DNA from: Eledone cirrhosa
Taxonomy: Eukaryota
Direction of reading: 5' to 3'
Length of the DNA: 64,000 nucleotides
Assembly: GCA_964016885.1 (NCBI GenBank)
Contig: OZ024741.1
Coordinates: 255,316,001-255,380,000 of the forward strand
Shown here: positions 49,801-59,400 of the stretch, in pieces
How positions within the stretch are numbered: the first letter of the stretch is position 1
Layout: each line of letters begins with the position of its first letter
Made by a program: the position numbers and the translations under genes
Notes under the pieces: generated by a model
Seen by the model: the letters and a program-made list of their open reading frames with translations, nothing else
The model's database searches: none
Told to the model about the DNA's origin: nothing

Positions 49801-52800
49801 TTTTCTGTGTCAGTGCCAGTGTTGTTGTAGTTGTTGCTGTTTTCTCTGTCAGTGCCAGTGTTGTTGTAGTTGTTGATGTTTTCTGTGTCAATGCCAGTGT
49901 TGTTGTTGTTGCTGTTTTCTCTGTCAGTGCCAGTGTTGTAGATGTTGCTGTTTACTCTGTCAGTGCCAGTGTTGTTGTAGTTGTTGCTGTTTTCTGTGTC
50001 AGTGCCAGTGTTGTTGCTGTTGTTGCTGTTTTCTGTGTCAGTGCCAGTGTTGTTGTTGTTGCTGTTTTCTCTGTCAGTGCCAGTGTTTTTGTTGTTGCTG
50101 TTTTCTGTGTCAGTGCCAGTGTTTTTCTAGTTGTTGCTGTTTTCTGTGTCAGTGCCAGTGTTGTTTTAGTTGTTGCTGTTTTCTCTGTCAGTGCCAGTGT
50201 TGTAGTTGTTGCTGTTTTCTGTGTCAGTGCCAGTGTTGTTGTTGTTGCTGTTTTCTCTGTCAGTGCCAGTGTTGTTGTAGTTGTTGCTGTTTTCTCTGTC
50301 AGTGCCAGTGTTGTTGTAGTTGTTGCTGTTTTCTGTGTCAGTACCGGTGTTGTTGTTGTTGCTGTTTTCTCTGTCAATGCCAGTGTTGTTGTTGTTGCTG
50401 TTTTCTCTGTCAGTGCCAGTGTTGTTGTTGTTGCTGTTTTCTGTGTCAGTGCCAGTGTTGTTGTTGTTGCTGTTTTCTGTGTCAGTGCCAGTGTTGTTGT
50501 AGTTGTTGCTGTTTTCTGTGTCAGTGCCAGTGTTGTTGTAGTTGTTGCTGTTTTCTCTGTGAGTGCCAGTGTTGTTGTAGTTGTTGCTGTTTTCTGTGTC
50601 AGTGCCAGTGTTGTTGTAGTTGTTGCTGTTTTCTCTGTCAGTGCCAGTGTTGTTGTAGTTGTTGCTGTTTTCTGTGTCAGTGCCAGTGTTGTTGTTGCTG
50701 TTTTCTCTGTCAGTGCCAGTGTTGTTGTAGTTGTTGCTGTTTTCTCTGTCAGTGCCAGTGATGTTGTAGTTGTTGCTGTTTTCTGTGTTAGTGCCAGTGT
50801 TGTTGTAGTTGTTGCTGTTTTCTGTGTCAGTGCCAGTGTTGTTGCTGTTGCTGTTTTCTCTGTCAGTGCCAGTGTTGTTGTAGTTGTTGCTGCTTTCTCT
50901 GTCAGTGCCAGTGTTGTTGTAGTTGTTGCTGTTTTCTGTGTCAGTGCCAGTGTTGTTGTTGTTGCTGTTTTCTCTGTCAGTGCCAGTGTTGTTGTAGTTG
51001 TTGCTGTTTTCTGTGTCAGTGCCAATGTTGTTGTTGCTGTTTTCTCTGTCAGTGCCAGAGTTGTTGTAGTTTTTGCTGTTTTCTGTGTCAGTGCCAGTGT
51101 TGTTGTTGCTGTTTTCTGTGTCAGTGCCAGTGTTGTTGTTGTTGCTGTTTTCTCTGTCAGTGCCAGTGTTGTTGCTGTTGTTATTTTCACTGTCAGTGCC
51201 AGTGTTGTTGTTGTTGCTGTTTTCTGTGTCAGTGCCAGTGTTGTTGTTGTTGCTGTTTTCTTTGTCAGTGCCAGTGTTGTTGTTGTTACTGTTGCTGTTT
51301 TCTGTGTCAGTTCCAGTGTTGCTGTTGCTGTTTTCTGTGCCAGTGCCAGTGTTATTGTTGCTGTTGTTGCTGTTTTCTGTGTCAGTGCCACGGTTGTTGT
51401 TGCTGTTGTTGCTGTTTTCTGTGTCAGTGCCAGTGTTGTTGTTGCTGTTTTCTGTGTCAGTGCCAGTGTTGTTGTTGCTGTTGTTGCTGTTTTCTATGCC
51501 AGTGTTGTTGTAGTTGTTGCTGTTTTCTGTGTCAGTGCCGGTGTTGTTGTTGTTGCTGTTTTCTCTGTCAGTGCCAGTGTTGTTGTTGTTGCTGTTTTCT
51601 CTGTCAGTGCCAGTGTTGTTGTTGTTGCTGTTTTCTGTGTCAGTGCCAGTGTTGTTGTAGTTGTTGCTGTTTTCTGTGTCAGTGTCAGTGTTGTTGTAGT
51701 TGTTGCTGTTTTCTGTGTCAGTGCCAGTGTTGTTGTAGTTGTTGCTGTTTTCTCTGTCAGTGCCAGTGTTGTTGTAGTTGTTGCTGTTTTCTCTGTCAGT
51801 GCCAGTGTTGTTGTAGTTGTTGATGTTTTCTGTGTCAATGCCAGTGTTGTTGTTGTTGCTGTTTTCTCTGTCAGTGCCAGTGTTGTAGTTGTTGCTGTTT
51901 TCTCTGTCAGTGCCAGTGTTGTTGTAGTTGTTGCTGTTTTCTGTGTCAGTGCCAGTGTTGTTGCTGTTGTTGCTGTTTTCTGTGTCAGTGCCAGTGTTGT
52001 TGTTGTTGCTGTTTTCTCTGTCAGTGCCAGTGTTTTTGTTGTTGCTGTTTTCTGTGTCAGTGCCAGTGTTGTTCTAGTTGTTGCTGTTTTCTGTGTCAGT
52101 GCCAATGTTGTTGTAGTTGTTGCTGTTTTCTCTGTCAGTGCCAGTGTTGTTGTAGTTGTTGCTGTTTTCTCTGTCAGTGACAGTGTTGTTGAAGTTGTTG
52201 CTGTTTTCTGTGTCAGTGCCAGTGTTGTTGTTGTTGCTGTTTTCTCTGTCAGTGCCAGTGTTGTTGTAGTTATTGCTGTTTTCTGTGTCAGTGCCACTGT
52301 TGTTGTTGCTGTTTTCTGTGTCGGTGCCAGTGTTGTTGTTGTTGCTGTTTTCTCTGTCAGTGCCAGTGTTGTTGTAGTTGTTGCTGTTTTCTGTGTCAGT
52401 GCCAGTGTTGTTGTTGTTGCTGTTTTCTCTGTCAGTGCCAGTGTTGTTGTAGTTGTTGCTGTTTTCTGTGTCAGTGCCAGTGTTGTTGCTGTTGCTGTTT
52501 TCTCTGTCAGTGCCAGTGTTGTTGTAGTTGTTGCTGCTTTCTCTGTCAGTGCCAGTGTTGTTGTAGTTGTTGCTGTTTTCTGTGTCAGTGCCAGTGTTGT
52601 TGTTGCTGTTTTCTCTGTCAGTGCCAGTGTTGTTGTAGTTATTGCTGTTTTCTGTGTCAGTGTCACTGTTGTTGTTGCTGTTTTCTGTGTCGGTACCAGT
52701 GTTGTTGTTGTTGCTGTTTTCTCTGTCAGTGCCAGTGTGTTGTTGCTGTTTTCTCTGTCAGTGCCAGTGTTGTTGTTGCTGTTGTTGCTGTTGCTGTTTT

Positions 52801-55800
52801 CTCTGTCAGTGCCAGTGTTGTTGTAGTTGTTGCTGTTTTCTGTGTCAGTGCCAATGTTGTTGTTGTTGCTGTTTTCTCTGTCAGTGCCAGTGTTGTTGTA
52901 GTTGTTGCTGTTTTCTCTGTCAGTGCCAGTGTTGTTGTAGTTGTTGCTGTTTTCTGTGTCAGTGCCAGTGTTGTTGTTGTTGCTGTTTTCTCTGTCAATG
53001 CCAGTGTTGTTGTTGTTGCTGTTTTCTCTGTCAGTGCCAGTGTTGTTGTTGTTGCTGTTTTCTGTGTCAGTGCCAGTGTTGTTGTTGTTGCTGTTTTCTG
53101 TGTCAGTGCCAGTGTTGTTGTAGTTGTTGCTGTTTTCTGTGCCAGTGCCAGTGTTGTTGTAGTTGTTGCTGTTTTCTGTGTCAGTGCCAGTGTTGTTGTA
53201 GTTGTTGCTGTTTTCTCTGTGAGTGCCAGTTTTGTTGTAGTTGTTGCTGTTTTCTCTGTCAGTGCCAGTGTTGTTGTAGTTGTTGCTGTTTTCTGTGTCA
53301 GTGCCAGTGTTTTTGTTGTTGCTGTTTTCTCTGTCAGTGCCAGTGTTGTTGTAGTTGTTGCTGTTTTCTGTGTCAGTGCCAGTGTTGTTGTAGTTGTTGC
53401 TGTTTTCTGTGTCAGTGCCAGTGTTGTTGTTGCTGTTTTCTCTGTCAGTGCCAGTGTTGTTGTTGCTGTTGCTGTTTTCTGTGTCAGTGCCAGTGTTGTT
53501 GTAGTTGTTGCTGTTTTCTCTGTGAGTGCCAGTGTTGTTGTAGTTGTTGCTGTTTTCTCTGTCAGTGCCAGTGTTGTTGTAGTTGTTGCTGTTTTCTGTG
53601 TCAGTGCCAGTGTTTTTGTTGTTGCTGTTTTCTCTGTCAGTGCCATTGTTGTTGTAGTTGTTGCTGTTTTCTGTGTCAGTGCCAGTGTTGTAGTTGTTGC
53701 TGTTTTCTCTGTCAGTGCCAGTGTTGTTGTTGCTGTTTTCTCTGTCAGTGCCAGTGTTGTTGTTGCTGTTGCTGTTTTCTGTGTCAGTGCCAGTGTTGTT
53801 GTAGTTGTTGCTGTTTTCTGTGTCAGTGCCGGTGTTGTTGTTGTTGCTGTTTTCTCTGTCAATGCCAGTGTTGTTGTTGTTGCTGTTTTCTCTGTCAGTG
53901 CCAGTGTTGTTGTTGTTGCTGTTTTCTGTGTCAGTGCCAGTGTTGTTGTTGTTGCTGTTTTCTGTGTCAGTGCCAGTGTTGTTGTAGTTGTTGCTGTTTT
54001 CTGTGCCAGTGCCAGTGTTGTTGTAGTTGTTGCTGTTTTCTGTGTCAGTGCCAGTGTTGTTGTAGTTGTTGCTGTTTTCTCTGTGAGTGCCAGTGTTGTT
54101 GTAGTTGTTGCTGTTTTCTCTGTCAGTGCCAGTGTTGTTGTAGTTGTTGCTGTTTTCTGTGTCAGTGCCAGTGTTTTTGTTGTTGCTGTTTTCTCTGTCA
54201 GTGCCAGTGTTGTTGTAGTTGTTGCTGTTTTCTGTGTCAGTGCCAGTGTTGTTGTTGCTGTTTTCTCTGTCAGTGCCAGTGTTGTTGTAGTTGTTGCTGT
54301 TTACTCTGTCAGTGCCAGTTTTGTTGTAGTTGTTGCTGTTTTCTGTGTCAGTGCCAGTGTTGTTGTAGTTGTTGTTGTTTTCTTTGTCAGTGCCAGTGTT
54401 GTTGTTGTTGCTGTTTTCTCTGTCAGTGCCAGTGTTGTAGTTGTTGCTGTTTTCTCTGTCAGTGCCAGTGTTGTTGTTGTTGTTGTTGCTGTTTTCTCTG
54501 TCAGTGCCAGTGTTGTTGTTGTTGCTGTTTTCTGTGTCAGTGCCAGTGTTGTTGTTGTTGCTGTTTTCTGTGTCAGTGCCAGTGTTGTTGTAGTTGTTGC
54601 TGTTTTCTGTGCCAGTGCCAGTGTTGTTGTAGTTGTTGCTGTTTTCTGTGTCAGTGCCAGTGTTGTTGTAGTTGTTGTTGTTTTCTCTGTGAGTGCCAGT
54701 GTTGTTGTAGTTGTTGCTGTTTTCTGTGTCAGTGCCAGTGTTGTTGTAGTTGTTGCTGTTTTCTCTGTCAGTGCCAGTGTTGTTGTAGTTGTTGCTGTTT
54801 TCTGTGTCAGTGCCAGTGTTGTTGTTGCTGTTTTCTCTGTCAGTGCCAGTGTTGTTGTAGTTGTTGCTGTTTTCTCTGTCAGTGCCAGTGATGTTGTAGT
54901 TGTTGCTGTTTTCTGTGTTAGTGCCAGTGTTGTTGTAGTTGTTGCTGTTTTCTGTGTCAGTGCCAGTGTTGTTGCTGTTGCTGTTTTCTCTGTCAGTGCC
55001 AGTGTTGTTGTAGTTGTTGCTGCTTTCTCTGTCAGTGCCAGTGTTGTTGTAGTTGTTGCTGTTTTCTGTGTCAGTGCCAGTGTTGTTGTTGTTGCTGTTT
55101 TCTCTGTCAGTGCCAGTGTTGTTGTAGTTGTTGCTGTTTTCTGTGTCAGTGCCAATGTTGTTGTTGCTGTTTTCTCTGTCAGTGCCAGAGTTGTTGTAGT
55201 TTTTGCTGTTTTCTGTGTCAGTGCCAGTGTTGTTGTTGCTGTTTTCTGTGTCAGTGCCAGTGTTGTTGTTGTTGCTGTTTTCTCTGTCAGTGCCAGTGTT
55301 GTTGCTGTTGTTATTTTCACTGTCAGTGCCAGTGTTGTTGTTGTTGCTGTTTTCTGTGTCAGTGCCAGTGTTGTTGTTGTTGCTGTTTTCTTTGTCAGTG
55401 CCAGTGTTGTTGTTGTTACTGTTGCTGTTTTCTGTGTCAGTTCCAGTGTTGCTGTTGCTGTTTTCTGTGCCAGTGCCAGTGTTATTGTTGCTGTTGTTGC
55501 TGTTTTCTGTGTCAGTGCCACGGTTGTTGTTGCTGTTGTTGCTGTTTTCTGTGTCAGTGCCAGTGTTGTTGTTGCTGTTTTCTGTGTCAGTGCCAGTGTT
55601 GTTGTTGCTGTTGTTGCTGTTTTCTATGCCAGTGTTGTTGTAGTTGTTGCTGTTTTCTGTGTCAGTGCCGGTGTTGTTGTTGTTGCTGTTTTCTCTGTCA
55701 GTGCCAGTGTTGTTGTTGTTGCTGTTTTCTCTGTCAGTGCCAGTGTTGTTGTTGTTGCTGTTTTCTGTGTCAGTGCCAGTGTTGTTTTAGTTGTTGCTGT

Positions 55801-58800
55801 TTTCTGTGTCAGTGTCAGTGTTGTTGTAGTTGTTGCTGTTTTCTGTGTCAGTGCCAGTGTTGTTGTAGTTGTTGCTGTTTTCTCTGTCAGTGCCAGTGTT
55901 GTTGTAGTTGTTGCTGTTTTCTCTGTCAGTGCCAGTGTTGTTGTAGTTGTTGATGTTTTCTGTGTCAATGCCAGTGTTGTTGTTGTTGCTGTTTTCTCTG
56001 TCAGTGCCAGTGTTGTAGTTGTTGCTGTTTTCTCTGTCAGTGCCAGTGTTGTTGTAGTTGTTGCTGTTTTCTGTGTCAGTGCCAGTGTTGTTGCTGTTGT
56101 TGCTGTTTTCTGTGTCAGTGCCAGTGTTGTTGTTGTTGCTGTTTTCTCTGTCAGTGCCAGTGTTTTTGTTGTTGCTGTTTTCTGTGTCAGTGCCAGTGTT
56201 GTTCTAGTTGTTGCTGTTTTCTGTGTCAGTGCCAATGTTGTTGTAGTTGTTGCTGTTTTCTCTGTCAGTGCCAGTGTTGTTGTAGTTGTTGCTGTTTTCT
56301 CTGTCAGTGCCAGTGTTGTTGAAGTTGTTGCTGTTTTCTGTGTCAGTGCCAGTGTTGTTGTTGTTGCTGTTTTCTCTGTCAGTGCCAGTGTTGTTGTAGT
56401 TATTGCTGTTTTCTGTGTCAGTGCCACTGTTGTTGTTGCTGTTTTCTGTGTCGGTGCCAGTGTTGTTGTTGTTGCTGTTTTCTCTGTCAGTGCCAGTGTT
56501 GTTGTAGTTGTTGCTGTTTTCTGTGTCAGTGCCAGTGTTGTTGTTGCTGTTTTCTCTGTCAGTGCCAGTGTTGTTGTAGTTGTTGCTGTTTTCTGTGTCA
56601 GTGCCAGTGTTGTTGCTGTTGCTGTTTTCTCTGTCAGTGCCAGTGTTGTTGTAGTTGTTGCTGCTTTCTCTGTCACTGCCAGTGTTGTTGTTGTTGCTGT
56701 TTTCTCTGTCAGTGCCAGTGTTGTTGTAGTTGTTGCTGTTTTCTCTGTCAGTGCCAGTGTTGTTGAAGTTGTTGCTGTTTTCTGTGTCAGTGCCAGTGTT
56801 GTTGTTGTTGCTGTTTTCTCTGTCAGTGCCAGTGTTGTTGTAGTTATTGCTGTTTTCTGTGTCAGTGCCACTGTTGTTGTTGCTGTTTTCTGTGTCGGTA
56901 CCAGTGTTGTTGTTGTTGCTGTTTTCTCTGTCAGTGCCAGTGTGTTGTTGCTGTTTTCTCTGTCAGTGCCAGTGTTGTTGTTGCTGTTGTTGCTGTTGCT
57001 GTTTTCTCTGTCAGTGCCAGTGTTGTTGTAGTTGTTGCTGTTTTCTGTGTCAGTGCCAATGTTGTTGTTGTTGCTGTTTTCTCTGTCAGTGCCAGTGTTG
57101 TTGTAGTTGTTGCTGTTTTCTCTGTCAGTGCCAGTGTTGTTGTAGTTGTTGCTGTTTTCTGTGTCAGTGCCAGTGTTGTTGTTGTTGCTGTTTTCTCTGT
57201 CAATGCCAGTGTTGTTGTTGTTGCTGTTTTCTCTGTCAGTGCCAGTGTTGTTGTTGTTGCTGTTTTCTGTGTCAGTGCCAGTGTTGTTGTTGTTGCTGTT
57301 TTCTGTGTCAGTGCCAGTGTTGTTGTAGTTGTTGCTGTTTTCTGTGCCAGTGCCAGTGTTGTTGTAGTTGTTGCTGTTTTCTGTGTCAGTGCCAGTGTTG
57401 TTGTAGTTGTTGCTGTTTTCTCTGTGAGTGCCAGTTTTGTTGTAGTTGTTGCTGTTTTCTCTGTCAGTGCCAGTGTTGTTGTAGTTGTTGCTGTTTTCTG
57501 TGTCAGTGCCAGTGTTTTTGTTGTTGCTGTTTTCTCTGTCAGTGCCAGTGTTGTTGTAGTTGTTGCTGTTTTCTGTGTCAGTGCCAGTGTTGTTGTAGTT
57601 GTTGCTGTTTTCTGTGTCAGTGCCAGTGTTGTTGTTGCTGTTTTCTCTGTCAGTGCCAGTGTTGTTGTAGTTATTGCTGTTTTCTGTGTCAGTGCCACTG
57701 TTGTTGTTGCTGTTTTCTGTGTCGGTACCAGTGTTGTTGTTGTTGCTGTTTTCTCTGTCAGTGCCAGTGTGTTGTTGCTGTTTTCTCTGTCAGTGCCAGT
57801 GTTGTTGTTGCTGTTGTTGCTGTTGCTGTTTTCTCTGTCAGTGCCAGTGTTGTTGTAGTTGTTGCTGTTTTCTGTGTCAGTGCCAATGTTGTTGTTGTTG
57901 CTGTTTTCTCTGTCAGTGCCAGTGTTGTTGTAGTTGTTGCTGTTTTCTCTGTCAGTGCCAGTGTTGTTGTAGTTGTTGCTGTTTTCTGTGTCAGTGCCAG
58001 TGTTGTTGTTGTTGCTGTTTTCTCTGTCAATGCCAGTGTTGTTGTTGTTGCTGTTTTCTCTGTCAGTGCCAGTGTTGTTGTTGTTGCTGTTTTCTGTGTC
58101 AGTGCCAGTGTTGTTGTTGTTGCTGTTTTCTGTGTCAGTGCCAGTGTTGTTGTAGTTGTTGCTGTTTTCTGTGCCAGTGCCAGTGTTGTTGTAGTTGTTG
58201 CTGTTTTCTGTGTCAGTGCCAGTGTTGTTGTAGTTGTTGCTGTTTTCTCTGTGAGTGCCAGTTTTGTTGTAGTTGTTGCTGTTTTCTCTGTCAGTGCCAG
58301 TGTTGTTGTAGTTGTTGCTGTTTTCTGTGTCAGTGCCAGTGTTTTTGTTGTTGCTGTTTTCTCTGTCAGTGCCAGTGTTGTTGTAGTTGTTGCTGTTTTC
58401 TGTGTCAGTGCCAGTGTTGTTGTAGTTGTTGCTGTTTTCTGTGTCAGTGCCAGTGTTGTTGTTGCTGTTTTCTCTGTCAGTGCCAGTGTTGTTGTTGCTG
58501 TTGCTGTTTTCTGTGTCAGTGCCAGTGTTGTTATAGTTGTTGCTGTTTTCTCTGTGAGTGCCAGTGTTGTTGTAGTTGTTGCTGTTTTCTCTGTCAGTGC
58601 CAGTGTTGTTGTAGTTGTTGCTGTTTTCTGTGTCAGTGCCAGTGTTTTTGTTGTTGCTGTTTTCTCTGTCAGTGCCAGTGTTGTTGTAGTTGTTGCTGTT
58701 TTCTGTGTCAGTGCCAGTGTTGTAGTTGTTGCTGTTTTCTCTGTCAGTGCCAGTGTTGTTGTTGCTGTTTTCTCTGTCAGTGCCAGTGTTGTTGTTGCTG

Positions 58801-59400
58801 TTGCTGTTTTCTGTGTCAGTGCCAGTGTTGTTGTAGTTGTTGCTGTTTTCTGTGTCAGTGCCGGTGTTGTTGTTGTTGCTGTTTTCTCTGTCAATGCCAG
58901 TGTTGTTGTTGTTGCTGTTTTCTCTGTCAGTGCCAGTGTTGTTGTTGTTGCTGTTTTCTGTGTCAGTGCCAGTGTTGTTGTTGTTGCTGTTTTCTGTGTC
59001 AGTGCCAGTGTTGTTGTAGTTGTTGCTGTTTTCTGTGCCAGTGCCAGTGTTGTTGTAGTTGTTGCTGTTTTCTGTGTCAGTGCCAGTGTTGTTGTAGTTG
59101 TTGCTGTTTTCTCTGTGAGTGCCAGTGTTGTTGTAGTTGTTGCTGTTTTCTCTGTCAGTGCCAGTGTTGTTGTAGTTGTTGCTGTTTTCTGTGTCAGTGC
59201 CAGTGTTTTTGTTGTTGCTGTTTTCTCTGTCAGTGCCAGTGTTGTTGTAGTTGTTGCTGTTTTCTGTGTCAGTGCCAGTGTTGTTGTAGTTGTTGCTGTT
59301 TTCTGTGTCAGTGCCAGTGTTGTTGTTGCTGTTTTCTCTGTCAGTGCCAGTGTTGTTGTAGTTGTTGCTGTTTTCTCTGTCAGTGCCAGTTTTGTTGTAG
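46900..59400. repeat. Right-hand higher-order repeat domain with periods of 3153, 4130-4205 and 827 bp
   Basis: 47920/51073 and 48341/51494 (+3153); 51073/55203 and 51494/55624 (+4130); GGTACC marker at 52692, 56897 and 57724 (+4205, +827). Confidence 0.85.

Larger units (their letters stand above)
9..52826 (+). other. 52.8-kb stop-free Val/Ala/Ser/Cys/Phe frame; interpreted as a non-coding shadow ORF of the repeat
   Basis: Openness of the frame comes from the ORF track. Unit lengths are multiples of 3, only one consensus codon (TGT) is a single substitution from a stop, and the product would be about 17,600 almost purely hydrophobic residues. The confidence refers to the non-coding interpretation. 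Confidence 0.85.

Noticed and set aside
9-52826. 17,605-aa Val-rich ORF as a real giant protein
   Set aside because: It starts at GTG inside a repeat unit at the window edge and has no domain and almost no charged residues. The lack of stops is expected because only TGT is one substitution from a stop and indels are triplet slippage.
1910-55626. Stop-codon reassignment (TAA/TAG = Gln) rescuing the minus-strand Thr frame
   Set aside because: All in-frame substitution stops are TAA or TAG, but those are the only stops reachable by single changes from AAA, CAG or GAG. The frameshifts still lead into TGA, and there is no independent evidence for a variant code.
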